Of a stretch of 64,000 nucleotides of DNA, positions 19,482-29,910 are shown piece after piece. The notes under the pieces are model-generated. The model did not search any database and was not told the DNA's origin. It worked only from the letters and a program-made list of their open reading frames with translations. Origin of the DNA: a virus. A program made the position numbers and the translations under genes. Each line of letters begins with the position of its first letter. The first letter of the stretch is position 1. Where the stretch lies: IMG/VR virus record IMGVR_UViG_3300028392_000034, positions 32,001 through 96,000 of that record; one strand, written 5' to 3'.

Positions 19482-19625
19482 ATGGGATCTTTTAAAGACA
19501 TTGAAATTGACATTATGGAATGGCAATCGCTGGGTCGTAGCATTGATGAAACTTATATCTATTTCAAAGACTATGTGACTCTTGAAGATGTGGTGCGTAT
19601 TTTTGCTCGTGAGGAAATACTGTAA
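19482..19625 (+). CDS. Small hypothetical protein (47 aa, not in the ORF track)
   Basis: TTGACA-N17-TACAAT promoter at 19425-19453, GGAG RBS, MGSFKDIEIDIMEW... Confidence 0.6.
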   Translation: MGSFKDIEIDIMEWQSLGRSIDETYIYFKDYVTLEDVVRIFAREEIL

Positions 19626-19810
19626 TGGAATCCGGTAAGCGTCACTTGTATACCATGCGGTATACCATGAAGAAGCAGGACCTTGATGCTTTCTTGGGTG
19701 GCTTGCATCAGATGCAAATGGACATGATTGAAACTGTGGTCACCAGTAAGGAACGCCAAGGTTTTCCTGAAGCGACAGTTTTAATAAAACACATTATGGA
19801 AAAGAAATGA
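19625..19810 (+). CDS. Hypothetical protein
   Basis: TAATG coupling. Confidence 0.5.
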   Translation: MESGKRHLYTMRYTMKKQDLDAFLGGLHQMQMDMIETVVTSKERQGFPEATVLIKHIMEKK

Positions 19811-19968
19811 AACGACAAAGTCCCTTCCGTACATGGTTACAAAATCTATGGTTAGAAAATTGTGACGAGCATGACGGTTATGGACAGCCGCGAATGACCA
19901 TGGACGAATACTTTTCTCGATACAAATATTGGCTCAAACGCGAATACCGTTTCCAACAGAAAAAATGA
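19807..19968 (+). CDS. Small hypothetical protein (53 aa, not in the ORF track)
   Basis: ATGA overlaps at both ends; MKRQSPFRTWLQNLW... Confidence 0.6.
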   Translation: MKRQSPFRTWLQNLWLENCDEHDGYGQPRMTMDEYFSRYKYWLKREYRFQQKK

Positions 19969-20246
19969 TTAAACATCTTGTTCTCGTCAGTGCCGTTGTG
20001 TTGGGTGGGTGTGCCAGTCAGGCACCTGTGGTACCGATATCTGTGATGTTGCCCTACTACACCATGGACACGTTCAAAGCGGATTGTGCATACAGCGAAA
20101 CTCAACGTAAATTCTTAGAAGATAGAATTGCTGAGTATAATCAGTATCATCTGACTCGTCCTTATACAGAACAAGATCGAACTTACTACACCAAATTGAA
20201 AAATGCACTATGGGGGCTAAGATCAGCATGTGGCGCAAATCGATAA
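19965..20246 (+). CDS. Putative lipoprotein
   Basis: MIKHLVLVSAVVLGGC lipobox. Confidence 0.6.
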   Translation: MIKHLVLVSAVVLGGCASQAPVVPISVMLPYYTMDTFKADCAYSETQRKFLEDRIAEYNQYHLTRPYTEQDRTYYTKLKNALWGLRSACGANR

Positions 20247-20791
20247 TCACAATGGCCATGGCTGTGACAGCCACTGCACAAGCCGAATGCTTTGTTAGGT
20301 CTGCAATAACCAACCAAACTGCCATACAAATCACCAGTATCGCTGATGTAAAGCCGTGGGTGGTACCTGTCTCACCTACACAGAACAAGTGTATAGTGAA
20401 TTTTAGGGCACAAGTAAATGGTGAATGGATCACTGCCGAAGGTGAAAATGTTGGTCCAAAAAGCCTAAGTGACGCCTTGCTTTGTCGAGGTGCAATGGAT
20501 CAAGGACGCACTCAAATTTTGAGTCGTGCAGATGGAAAGACTTTGGCCGTAGAACAAAACATGGTATGTACCGATCAGACACTGCCCAAGGTACGACGAG
20601 TTGAAGTGGGAGATCGGGTGTTAGAAAGCGAAGTGTTGCCGCACCCACATTTTCCAAAACAATTTGTTTACCATAATGCCACGTGTCGTTGGTTCGCAGA
20701 ACAAGAAGTTAGATCTGGAGATTTGCGACATCGTCAAGGTATCATTTGTCGTTCACATGACAACGAATGGCTAGTGGTTGACAAATGGTAA
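20228..20791 (+). CDS. Secreted Cys-containing protein
   Basis: Signal peptide ending ATAQA; several Cys. Confidence 0.55.
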   Translation: MWRKSIITMAMAVTATAQAECFVRSAITNQTAIQITSIADVKPWVVPVSPTQNKCIVNFRAQVNGEWITAEGENVGPKSLSDALLCRGAMDQGRTQILSRADGKTLAVEQNMVCTDQTLPKVRRVEVGDRVLESEVLPHPHFPKQFVYHNATCRWFAEQEVRSGDLRHRQGIICRSHDNEWLVVDKW

Positions 20792-20840
20792 CATTTGTAG
20801 TATAGTATTGTTATTGTAACCAAACCCGAAAGGTAATTGA

Positions 20841-21509
20841 ATGAAAAAACTATTAATTATAACAGCAGTGGCAAGTGTGCTAACCGCGTGTGGCACAACC
20901 AACAACACCGCACAACTGCAAAATGGCGGTGTGGCGCCAGTTTCACACATGGCTGCGGCCGTGAAAGAAGCTCCGGAGTGGATGAGCAAAATGCCCAAGG
21001 TACAGGGCTATGTATTCGAAAACGGAACTGCTACCAGTAGCGATTTTGGATTTGCAGATATCAAAGCCAAGACCATGGCTTACAGTAAGATTTGTAACAG
21101 TGCTGGCGGAACAGTTCGTAGCCAAACTAAGATTTACAAAGCTGACAACGGTGATACCGGAACCGAGCAGAGTGAATTGGCCATTCGTAGCATGTGTGCA
21201 GACGTAGACATTTCTGGTGTAGAAACTGTGGAAATGAAACACGTGGCCGAAGGCAATCGCATTCGCACCTATGTATTGGTGGCCTTACCGTTAAATGGTA
21301 ATGCAAATAAAAATACACGACGCAGTGCCCGAGAAGCATTCAAAGAACTAGACGAAATGTCACGTGAACAAAAAGGTGTCGATGCCACACCAGGTCGACC
21401 CACAACATTGAATTTGTTGCCAGTGGACAATGAGGAATACAAGGCTCGTCGAGATGCGGCACTGCAAAAACCCGGTGCTGTGATTGGACAAGTTACCATT
21501 GCCAACTAA
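20841..21509 (+). CDS. LPP20-like lipoprotein
   Basis: Lipobox LTAC, PEWM motif; TTGACA-N17-TATAGT promoter near 20778. Confidence 0.6.
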   Translation: MKKLLIITAVASVLTACGTTNNTAQLQNGGVAPVSHMAAAVKEAPEWMSKMPKVQGYVFENGTATSSDFGFADIKAKTMAYSKICNSAGGTVRSQTKIYKADNGDTGTEQSELAIRSMCADVDISGVETVEMKHVAEGNRIRTYVLVALPLNGNANKNTRRSAREAFKELDEMSREQKGVDATPGRPTTLNLLPVDNEEYKARRDAALQKPGAVIGQVTIAN

Positions 21510-21512
21510 TCA

Positions 21513-21812
21513 GTGACCGAACAGCAACAACTGATGTGGGATATGTTGAGAGCCGACCCGGCTACAATGTGTCATGTTTGGGCCCAGGATATTATGAAAT
21601 CCAAAAGAAATATGCATCGCAAAGCCGACCAATATTTAGGACTTGCTCTCAATTGGTTTACAGTTGAAGATATCACTGGCATAATGAAAACATGGATCTC
21701 GCATTATGACATGCCACTCAATCCCGGAAAGTTGACAAACTACGAAACGTTTCATCGCAAATGTGGACCGTATGTTTTTGCAAATTCGTGTTCGATTAAG
21801 GGTTTTGTATGA
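21513..21812 (+). CDS. Hypothetical protein
   Basis: ORF track. Confidence 0.5.
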   Translation: MTEQQQLMWDMLRADPATMCHVWAQDIMKSKRNMHRKADQYLGLALNWFTVEDITGIMKTWISHYDMPLNPGKLTNYETFHRKCGPYVFANSCSIKGFV

Positions 21813-22267
21813 AAAAGATTTATTATGAAAAAAAGGGTCGTAGATATGTTCCTGTTGCAGAATATGATAACGAATATTTGGACAGCTTTCCAAAGGGCAA
21901 TCATTTGGTTATGTGCTATCCCGGAGGTAGTAGTCGTCGTTTTCGCATTGACCCTGCTCTGGCTCCAATGATTGCAGCCGGGCGGTACGCAAAAGATGCT
22001 ATCTGTGATGCACTTCGTAAAGCCAGCGAAATCCAGCCAGCAGTCAAGGCTCTCACGCCGGAACAACTAGCGGCTTGGGAACATTTAGTCACGGTGTTTG
22101 GCGATGATGCCAGATGTCTACACAGGGCAAGTAGTCTTGATATTGCCGAAGCAGGTGTAACAGCTATGCAAGTAGAAGCTGACAAATTGATGCAAAACGC
22201 AAGTGTGCGTCAAGCATATGAACAGTTCCTTTTAGTATGTAAACTAACATCTAGCAAGATAGAGTAA
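21809..22267 (+). CDS. Hypothetical phage protein
   Basis: ATGA overlap. Confidence 0.6.
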   Translation: MKKIYYEKKGRRYVPVAEYDNEYLDSFPKGNHLVMCYPGGSSRRFRIDPALAPMIAAGRYAKDAICDALRKASEIQPAVKALTPEQLAAWEHLVTVFGDDARCLHRASSLDIAEAGVTAMQVEADKLMQNASVRQAYEQFLLVCKLTSSKIE

Positions 22268-22271
22268 ATAT

Positions 22272-23645
22272 ATGGACATAGATTTTACTGGTGAACAATT
22301 TAATGAGATCAAAGTGGCCGCAGACTGGATAAGAGACCTCGAGAGTAGCGACAGCCGTTTACACAAAGAATCAGTAATTGAAAAAGCACTAATGGCATCC
22401 AAGTTAGGATCGGCCAATGCTCAATGCTTCTTGTTCAACTGCTATCAGGCCTACAACCCCTATTTCGTATTTGGTGTAAAGAAAGTTCCTGAGACCAAAG
22501 ATCTCACAGACCGTCCAAATCCTTGGCCAAAGTTTTGGGCCATGTTAGAAGCTCTACGCACCCGTAGCCTTACTGGACACAACGCTAAAGAATCCATTGA
22601 GTGGATGAGTGAACAGTTTGACTCAGCAGAGTGGAATGGCCTGTGTCGTAGAGTCATTATCAAAGACCTACGCTGTGGTATCAGCGACAAGACACTGAAC
22701 AAAGTTCTAGGCAACACCGAGTGGAAAATTCCTGTATTTACTTGTCAGTTGGCCACAGACAGTGAAAAGCATACAGCCAAAATGACCGGACTGAAACGCA
22801 TCGAACAAAAGTTAGATGGTGTGCGTGTGTTAGCGGTAGTAACTAAAACCACAGTTAATCTATACAGTCGTAATGGTAAACCGTTTGATAACTTTCCACA
22901 GATTGTAGAAGCAATCGAAAATATCAAAAACAAATTTGCCATATTTCAAACTGCACCACATGGGTTTGTGTTGGATGGCGAAATCATTGGAGAAAGTTTT
23001 CAAGCCTTAATGAAGCAAGCTCAACGCAAGAGCAATGTCGAAACAACAGGCATGACATACAGTGTGTTTGATGTTGTGCCTCTGGTGGACTTTGAACGCG
23101 GTTTTTGGAATGCCCAGCAACATAAACGCTTGGCCATGTTGGAAGAATACCGTGCGGCGTTTGAATCAACTGACTGTGTTCGTATCATGGATGGTATTAC
23201 GGTAGATTTGGGCACGGCCGAAGGACACGACATTATGCATCGCTATGCAGAAGATGCTGTGTCTTTGGGCTTTGAAGGTATCATGATCAAAGATCTAGGC
23301 GCACCATATGAATGTCGTCGTAGCACTTTTTGGATGAAATGGAAACCTACTATAACAGTAGATCTCAATATTGTGGGTTTTGAAGAAGGCACTGGTCGCA
23401 ATCTTGGCCGCTTGGGTGCTATAATTTGTGAAGGAGTTGACAATGAGCGAAGTATTCATGTTAATGTTGGTAGTGGTTTGTCTGATGCTAATCGTGATGA
23501 GTATTGGATGGTCAGAGATCAATTACTTGGTAATGTTATTGAAGTCGAAGCTGACGCAGTTACGCAAAACCAAGACGGATCATACAGTTTAAGATTCCCT
23601 CGGTTTGTTCGTTTCCGTGGGTTTGAAGCAGGAGAAAAACTGTAA
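22272..23645 (+). CDS. ATP-dependent DNA ligase
   Basis: EQKLDGVR (motif I), LDGEI, FDVV, EGIMIK, WMKWK, SLRFPRF. Confidence 0.95.
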   Translation: MDIDFTGEQFNEIKVAADWIRDLESSDSRLHKESVIEKALMASKLGSANAQCFLFNCYQAYNPYFVFGVKKVPETKDLTDRPNPWPKFWAMLEALRTRSLTGHNAKESIEWMSEQFDSAEWNGLCRRVIIKDLRCGISDKTLNKVLGNTEWKIPVFTCQLATDSEKHTAKMTGLKRIEQKLDGVRVLAVVTKTTVNLYSRNGKPFDNFPQIVEAIENIKNKFAIFQTAPHGFVLDGEIIGESFQALMKQAQRKSNVETTGMTYSVFDVVPLVDFERGFWNAQQHKRLAMLEEYRAAFESTDCVRIMDGITVDLGTAEGHDIMHRYAEDAVSLGFEGIMIKDLGAPYECRRSTFWMKWKPTITVDLNIVGFEEGTGRNLGRLGAIICEGVDNERSIHVNVGSGLSDANRDEYWMVRDQLLGNVIEVEADAVTQNQDGSYSLRFPRFVRFRGFEAGEKL

Positions 23646-23737
23646 TGCATTGGCTATTGGTAGTGATACTGGCGTTTGTTAACTTGCCGCTGGCGTTGGC
23701 ATTGACAGCAATTTTTTTATTTTTTGAAAATCGATAA
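23645..23737 (+). CDS. Small hydrophobic membrane peptide (30 aa, not in the ORF track)
   Basis: TAATG coupling; MHWLLVVILAFVNLPLALALTAIFLFFENR. Confidence 0.4.
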   Translation: MHWLLVVILAFVNLPLALALTAIFLFFENR

Positions 23738-23743
23738 TAAACT

Positions 23744-24025
23744 ATGAATAAGACAACCGGTGAAGTGATGGATATCCTTCAAGAAGAATGCGCTGAAGTA
23801 ATTCAGGCTGTTAGTAAAATTCGACGCTTTGGTATAGACAATGCCAAACCCGGCAAGGATAAAACCAATCGAGAGCATCTTGAAGATGAGATTGGTGACC
23901 TGTATGCCATGATTGATATCTTGCAGGAGTTAGATATTGTCAGTTGGTCTGGAATCGAAAAAGCCGCAGAGGCCAAACGTGAAAAGCTGAAGATTTGGAG
24001 CACCATTTTTGAAAAGGCCGCTTGA
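23744..24025 (+). CDS. MazG-like NTP pyrophosphohydrolase
   Basis: EECAEVIQA...EDEIGDL (ExxE...ExxD). Confidence 0.8.
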   Translation: MNKTTGEVMDILQEECAEVIQAVSKIRRFGIDNAKPGKDKTNREHLEDEIGDLYAMIDILQELDIVSWSGIEKAAEAKREKLKIWSTIFEKAA

Positions 24026-24026
24026 T

Positions 24027-24311
24027 ATGGAAATTACATATGATACTGTTACAGAAGACGTAGATTCACGTAATCAAGAAATTCGTGACCTATTGCAACA
24101 TGGTATTTCTGAAATTACATTTACTAAACTAAATGGCGAACTACGAACTATGCCTTGCACCTTAGACACCACTTTACTACCGCCACAGCCGCTTAACGAG
24201 TCTCCTAAGACTCGTCCTTACAAGCCCGAGACATTAAGTGTTTGGTGTGTAGATAAATCAGAGTGGCGATCATTTCGTGTCGCTAACGTGACACGGATTG
24301 TGCAAATATAA
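24027..24311 (+). CDS. WYL_2/Sm-like SH3-fold phage protein
   Basis: FTKLNGELRTM...WRSFR. Confidence 0.7.
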   Translation: MEITYDTVTEDVDSRNQEIRDLLQHGISEITFTKLNGELRTMPCTLDTTLLPPQPLNESPKTRPYKPETLSVWCVDKSEWRSFRVANVTRIVQI

Positions 24312-24421
24312 TGGATTGGTTACTGCAGGCTTGGTTTGTTGAGGCTGTAGGAACTATATTGTTGGCTATACTGTTGGTATGGCTTCTTAGTAAGATATTT
24401 GAATTTTTAGACCGGGAATAA
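24311..24421 (+). CDS. Small membrane peptide (36 aa, not in the ORF track)
   Basis: TAATG coupling; one hydrophobic helix. Confidence 0.4.
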   Translation: MDWLLQAWFVEAVGTILLAILLVWLLSKIFEFLDRE

Positions 24422-24422
24422 T

Positions 24423-25589
24423 ATGGCAACAAAGTCAGAAAAACAACAACTTATTGACACACTGAAATTCACACCACGCACCTACAAGATTAGCATGTGG
24501 GGCTATGGCGGTGAAAAAGTCATGGGCACAGTAGACCGAGCGGTGTGGGATTACTGTATGGAGAACCAAGTCGACTTGTCTGAAATTGCCTGGAGTGATG
24601 AAGAAACAGTGCAAGATGAAATGGGCTTAGATGTAGACCGTCTGCCATTCGCTCCAGGATCGTGGTATGAATGCGATGATATGGCACATACTAACGGTGT
24701 TAGCCGTAATGCTGGCACACTACAAATTGAAGACGAAAACGGCACGGTAGTGTTTGAACGGAGATTAGAGGATTGCGATGGCGGCAGTGAAGACAGCCCA
24801 GTATGGAGTTGCAATGATGAATCTTGGGTTGGTAGTAAGCCTGCCGGCACTGTGGTGTTCATTGGCACTAGCAATGAAAAAGGCACATTCTTCGAAGGTG
24901 AGATTGCGCTTACACAACCATTTGACATTGAACTATTAGAACTGCACTACGATGACATCGACGGCGAAGAACTAGTCAATGGCGTTGTGTATGATGGTGA
25001 GGACATTGACAACTATGGCGGTAGTACCGATGGTAAGAGTTCAGACTTTGGAATGTATCTTGTAAAAGATAGTAATTCGTGGGAAACTTACGCCCCAGAG
25101 GAAAAAGACTGGGGACATCCTCCATACGGAACCGGCCCAAGTACCTGGGAAAAGTCTGAGACTTTTAAGTTCAAGAAAGTTAAACCTACACTGCCTGGCT
25201 ATTACAGTTGTACCTGGCGACATTTTGGCACAACATACGGCTCGGCCTACTGGGATGGGGAACAGTTTGGAGAATGGGAATACGGCAAGTTCAATCCAAT
25301 CACTGGAGAAATTGTTTCTTGGTCGGGATATAACTGGGATACCAGTAGTTGGGTCAACCAACCGCCGGAACCTGTAAATGTCAGTTGCGACAATAAAAAA
25401 TGTGGTTGGGTTGGTCAAGGCGAAGAACGTCGTACTGACGATGACTACACGGATCACTGTCCTGCATGTGATGGCACCGAGTTTACTTGGATTGATTATG
25501 ATCCAGATAGTAAACAAGGTCGTGCCAATCGTGCTAAGTATTGCAAGGAATGGGATCCTGCTGTGGCACTGGAGAAAATATGCAAGTAA
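24423..25589 (+). CDS. Acidic hypothetical protein with a C-terminal zinc ribbon
   Basis: CDNKKC...CPAC; Asp/Glu/Trp-rich. Confidence 0.6.
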   Translation: MATKSEKQQLIDTLKFTPRTYKISMWGYGGEKVMGTVDRAVWDYCMENQVDLSEIAWSDEETVQDEMGLDVDRLPFAPGSWYECDDMAHTNGVSRNAGTLQIEDENGTVVFERRLEDCDGGSEDSPVWSCNDESWVGSKPAGTVVFIGTSNEKGTFFEGEIALTQPFDIELLELHYDDIDGEELVNGVVYDGEDIDNYGGSTDGKSSDFGMYLVKDSNSWETYAPEEKDWGHPPYGTGPSTWEKSETFKFKKVKPTLPGYYSCTWRHFGTTYGSAYWDGEQFGEWEYGKFNPITGEIVSWSGYNWDTSSWVNQPPEPVNVSCDNKKCGWVGQGEERRTDDDYTDHCPACDGTEFTWIDYDPDSKQGRANRAKYCKEWDPAVALEKICK

Positions 25590-25786
25590 GAGTCAAAGAA
25601 AACCCAGAAGAATTCGGCCGGTGTGGTTGCGGTCGTAGTCCAACAGGCAAATGCTGTGGTTGGCATGGCCTTACCGAAGAAGCCTATCAAGCGGCATTGG
25701 AGCAATACGAGTTAGACAAATACAAGAAGCAAGCACAAGATATTTGGTTTAGTGATGGATCATGCACAGGTGGTCAACCAGGATGA
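25580..25786 (+). CDS. CDGSH-type iron-sulfur domain protein
   Basis: CGCGRSPTGKCCGWH; GGAG RBS before ATG 25580. Confidence 0.7.
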   Translation: MQVRVKENPEEFGRCGCGRSPTGKCCGWHGLTEEAYQAALEQYELDKYKKQAQDIWFSDGSCTGGQPG

Positions 25787-25818
25787 ATACTGCCATACTA
25801 TTAACTAAATATTAAACT

Positions 25819-27678
25819 ATGCTCTTTGGATACTCGATACTCGCTACAGCATTACTATTAAGCCTAACAGCCGCTTACTATTCCATTATGGGTCTTACGG
25901 CCATCTTTGCGGCAGCCACCTTACCAGTTATGATCATGGGCGGTAGTCTGGAACTAGGAAAAATTGTAGCCACAGTATGGTTACATAATAATTGGAAACG
26001 AGCTGGTATAGTATTTAAAACGTATCTTGTGCCGGCGGTGGTATTCTTAATGCTACTAACATCGATGGGTATTTTTGGATACCTATCCAAGGCCCACTTA
26101 GATCAAAATATCCCATCCGGTGATGCACAAAGCAAGGTTGCCATTTACGATGAGAAAATTAAAACAGCCAAGGACAATATTGAGGCCGCTCGTAAAGCTC
26201 TCAAACAGATGGATGAATCAGTTGACCAACTGATGGCCAGAACCACAGACGATACCGGTGCTCAACGTGCGGCCAACATGAGGCGCAGTCAGGCCAAAGA
26301 ACGCAGTGCCTTTCAAGCAGACATACAAAAGAATCAAGCCGAGGTGGCCAAATTCAATGAAGAACGAGCGCCATTGGCTGCTGAGTTCCGTAAGATAGAA
26401 GCCGAAGTTGGGCCGATCAAATATGTGGCCGCACTTTTATACAACGAAAGTGCCGACGAAGCAGTGTTAGAAAAGGCTGTGCGTTTTGTAATCATAATGA
26501 TTGTTATTGTGTTTGATCCGTTGGCACTTACATTAATCTTGGCCGCCAACAAACAGTTTGAATGGGCACGACAGGGCACCGGAGGCTTTGTTCACGATGA
26601 AGAAACTGACGAAGAAGCCAATAAAAGAATCGAACAAGAGTTAACAGAAACAATGCAGGATCTTGGCATATCGGCCGAGCCCAAGTATGAAGCCGATGAT
26701 GGTCCTTTAACCGACGAACAATTACAACAGATTCAAGAGTTGGCAAACAAAGATTTACCAACCGGCGAAGTAATTATTGAATATGAACTATTTCCGCAAG
26801 CAAAAGATCCACACCCTCCGGGTTGGATGTGGACTATTACTGCCGCACCGCAACCCACTTACCCTGATACTGATGAAGAAGTAGAAGAGTTTTCACAGGC
26901 CAAACAAACGGCCAAAGAAGAAGTAATCACAGCGGCTCTACCGGATCCATGGTCCCACATTGAAGTACCAGAAATCCATCCTGAAGACCAACATCATCAT
27001 TTAGCAAAACAATCTTATCTGGCACAACATCCTGAAATTGATGAAAGAACATTTTATGCACAACACCAAGACGGAGAAATAGATCATTTACCGTGGCATG
27101 ATGCAGAACATATTAATACTTTACCAATTAGTGATAGTGAGCGTAAACAATTGATCGACCGGTTTGCAAATAATTCTACGTCTGAGCAAGAAAAAAAGCA
27201 ACCAGAACTTGATTATCAATTTGTAGACGAAATCCACGAACCCGATCTCCATGTGTACGATGATGAACGCCTGGTATCAAAGTTTGACAAGATACAAGAC
27301 GATGGTAATCTATGGGTTTCTCAACCCGATGGTACGTGGGTCAATGCTGGCCCAGTGGATCAATTTGATTTAGGATTGTCTGCTGATAACGCACCCAAGT
27401 CTGCCGCTGGTGAAATGCGGGGCTTTGGAACTAGCTTTCCTGACAACTGCAACAAAGGCGATATGTTCCTTAGAGTTGACCAATTGCCAAGTGCCTTGTA
27501 TAAATTTAATGGTACCGGTTGGATTGAAGTAGATAAAAAATTAAGTGACCAATATCTTTATGACGAAGCATACATTGATCATCTTATTGAAAAAATTGGT
27601 ACCGGCGAGTATGATCCAGAGTTATTGAGTGATGCTGAACGGGAAAGTATCGAAAAACGATTAATAAAGAAAGTATAA
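25819..27678 (+). CDS. Membrane protein with several TM helices, a coiled coil and an acidic C-terminal region
   Basis: Hydrophobic N-terminus, coiled coil, IVFDPLA TM segment; TAAATA box 7 nt upstream. Confidence 0.6.
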   Translation: MLFGYSILATALLLSLTAAYYSIMGLTAIFAAATLPVMIMGGSLELGKIVATVWLHNNWKRAGIVFKTYLVPAVVFLMLLTSMGIFGYLSKAHLDQNIPSGDAQSKVAIYDEKIKTAKDNIEAARKALKQMDESVDQLMARTTDDTGAQRAANMRRSQAKERSAFQADIQKNQAEVAKFNEERAPLAAEFRKIEAEVGPIKYVAALLYNESADEAVLEKAVRFVIIMIVIVFDPLALTLILAANKQFEWARQGTGGFVHDEETDEEANKRIEQELTETMQDLGISAEPKYEADDGPLTDEQLQQIQELANKDLPTGEVIIEYELFPQAKDPHPPGWMWTITAAPQPTYPDTDEEVEEFSQAKQTAKEEVITAALPDPWSHIEVPEIHPEDQHHHLAKQSYLAQHPEIDERTFYAQHQDGEIDHLPWHDAEHINTLPISDSERKQLIDRFANNSTSEQEKKQPELDYQFVDEIHEPDLHVYDDERLVSKFDKIQDDGNLWVSQPDGTWVNAGPVDQFDLGLSADNAPKSAAGEMRGFGTSFPDNCNKGDMFLRVDQLPSALYKFNGTGWIEVDKKLSDQYLYDEAYIDHLIEKIGTGEYDPELLSDAERESIEKRLIKKV

Positions 27679-27679
27679 C

Positions 27680-28879
27680 ATGAGCCTAGCTATAGAGCAT
27701 TGCAGTTTCTGTGACAAGCACAAGGACCGTGTTGGTAAATTAATTGTCAGTCACACTGTGGCCATATGTAATGAATGTGTTGATCTTTGTGGCGGCCTAC
27801 TTAAAGATAGTAAAACCACTGCACAACCAATTTCAGACGCACCCACAGTCATTGATCCTAAGGACATACGAGATTATCTTGACCAGCATGTGGTCGGTCA
27901 AGACCAAGCCAAAATTATACTCGGTGTAGCCATTGCCAACCACTACAAACGTATCAGTCGGTCAGATTCAACCATTGCCAAATCCAACATACTCATGATT
28001 GGTCCTACTGGCACAGGAAAAACTCTTATGGCTCGAACTGTTGCTCAGTATCTCAATGTTCCATTTGTCATTGCTGATGCTACCTGTCTAACCGAAGCCG
28101 GTTACGTTGGAGATGATGTAGAAAGTATGATTGCTCGTTTATACACTGCTGCAGATGGTGATGTAGAACGATGCCAACAGGGTATTGTGTTCTTAGATGA
28201 GATAGACAAAATTGCCCGTAAAAGCGAAAGTGCCACAGTAAGCCGAGATGTATCAGGAGAAGGTGTCCAACAAGCCCTGCTTAAATTGGTTGAAGGCACC
28301 AAGTGTAGGATATCGGCACATGGTACTAAAAAAACTAGTAACACAGAAATGGTTGAAATTGATACTACAAATATTTTATTTGTTGCCAGCGGTGCATTTG
28401 TGGGATTAGATCGTGTTATACAAACTCGTGTGCAAGGAACTGCTATGGGATTTGGTGCAACTATTAATTCAAAAAATCTTCCAAGCACTGAGCCGGCTAC
28501 ACCAGATGACTTGGTCAAGTATGGAATGATTCCTGAATTTGTTGGCAGATTTAACAGTTATGTAAATTTACACGATTTGACCAAAGCGCAGTTGGTCAAC
28601 ATATTAACTGAAGTAAAAGGCAATTTTGTAGAACAATATAAATGGTTGTTTAATCAAGACAATGTAGAATTAGAATTTGATAGTGAAAGTTTAGATATAA
28701 TTGCTGAACGCACATTAAAAACTCGAACTGGTGCCAGAGGCCTACACAGTGAATTAGAGCGAGTTTTATTACCTCATATGTTTGATTTACCTAGATATTG
28801 TAAGCAGTCTATCCTGCAGGTCACTATTAATAAGACCCAGGTAAATACTCCAATGACATTAATACAGGAAAATTCGTGA
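27680..28879 (+). CDS. clpX: ATP-dependent Clp protease ATPase ClpX
   Basis: CSFC...CNEC zinc finger, [45 protein letters not shown] loop, TGARGL. Confidence 0.95.
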   Translation: MSLAIEHCSFCDKHKDRVGKLIVSHTVAICNECVDLCGGLLKDSKTTAQPISDAPTVIDPKDIRDYLDQHVVGQDQAKIILGVAIANHYKRISRSDSTIAKSNILMIGPTGTGKTLMARTVAQYLNVPFVIADATCLTEAGYVGDDVESMIARLYTAADGDVERCQQGIVFLDEIDKIARKSESATVSRDVSGEGVQQALLKLVEGTKCRISAHGTKKTSNTEMVEIDTTNILFVASGAFVGLDRVIQTRVQGTAMGFGATINSKNLPSTEPATPDDLVKYGMIPEFVGRFNSYVNLHDLTKAQLVNILTEVKGNFVEQYKWLFNQDNVELEFDSESLDIIAERTLKTRTGARGLHSELERVLLPHMFDLPRYCKQSILQVTINKTQVNTPMTLIQENS

Positions 28880-29097
28880 AAGAATACAAAAATTCAGTTC
28901 GTGTAGTCGATGGCAATGTAGAAAAAGCCTTGAGAAAATTCAAAAAGCGAATACAAGAATCCGGATTACTCGACGATCTTCGAGCCAGAGAATTCTACGA
29001 AAAACCCACAACCGAACGCAAACGCAAAAAAGGTGCGGCTCAAGCCCGTTTGCGTAAAAAATTACGCGAACAAGCACTGCCAAAAAAACTCTACTGA
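28876..29097 (+). CDS. rpsU: 30S ribosomal protein bS21
   Basis: [11 protein letters not shown]...[15 protein letters not shown]. Confidence 0.92.
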   Translation: MKEYKNSVRVVDGNVEKALRKFKKRIQESGLLDDLRAREFYEKPTTERKRKKGAAQARLRKKLREQALPKKLY

Positions 29098-29098
29098 T

Positions 29099-29323
29099 GT
29101 GTTTATAGAATTTGATTTGCGACAGACACACAATTATCATTACGATTTAAATCTTATTAAACTGGACATTGCAGAATGGGCAAATCGTTACGGTATTCCT
29201 TACACACAAAAAACAATAAAATATACGCATAGATTGGCCTTTGATCAAGACCGTTTCTATACTGTGTTTGCTACTACCTGGAATAGTGAATTCGACTATC
29301 GACTTATTGACAGGAAGTGGTAA
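29099..29323 (+). CDS. Hypothetical protein (small F-x-F-D...F...W family)
   Basis: GTG start right after the rpsU stop. Confidence 0.5.
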   Translation: MFIEFDLRQTHNYHYDLNLIKLDIAEWANRYGIPYTQKTIKYTHRLAFDQDRFYTVFATTWNSEFDYRLIDRKW

Positions 29324-29343
29324 ATGTGTTATAAATATATTAT

Positions 29344-29394
29344 GTAGATGCCGATGGTCGGGTCTACTGTATATGTCACTTGCTTAATAAGGAG
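29344..29394 (+). promoter_or_regulatory. Structured 5' leader motif of hsp20 (copy A)
   Basis: GTAGA-TG-CCGA-TGG-TCGG-G-TCTAC...CTTGCTTAATAAGGAG; covaries with the copy at 40587. Confidence 0.65.
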
Positions 29395-29400
29395 AAAACA

Positions 29401-29847
29401 ATGACAAAAATCACAACTCTGGATCTCAATCCATTCTATCGCAATTCAATTGGTGTTGACCGATTATTTGATCGTATGATGCATCAAATTGATACTGCAG
29501 CTTCATCAACAACTAACTACCCACCTTACAATATTGTAAAAACAGGCGAGAGCACCTACGAAATTCAAGTGGCTGTTGCTGGCTTTACACAAGGTGAAGT
29601 CTCAGTTAATGTAAACGATGGACAATTGGTCATTACTGGTGAAAAGGAAAAGACCGATCTGCCTGAAGGATATGCGTATGAGTATCAAGGCATCAGTGCC
29701 CGACGTTTCATTCGCACATTTACATTGGCTGATTATGTAGAAGTAACTGATGCTGTCAGCAAGGACGGTATTCTTACTGTTAGCCTAGAGCGTCAAATTC
29801 CTGAAGCGATGAAGCCTAAAACTATTGCTATTACTTACAAAAAGTAA
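29401..29847 (+). CDS. Small heat shock protein Hsp20 (IbpA-like)
   Basis: NYPPYNI, VAVAGF, GISARRFIRTFTL, DGILTV. Confidence 0.93.
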   Translation: MTKITTLDLNPFYRNSIGVDRLFDRMMHQIDTAASSTTNYPPYNIVKTGESTYEIQVAVAGFTQGEVSVNVNDGQLVITGEKEKTDLPEGYAYEYQGISARRFIRTFTLADYVEVTDAVSKDGILTVSLERQIPEAMKPKTIAITYKK

Positions 29848-29910
29848 TATAATATAGTAAATACAGTGGAGAGCACGGTGTTCTCCACTGTTACTACTAA
29901 AGGATCTGAG

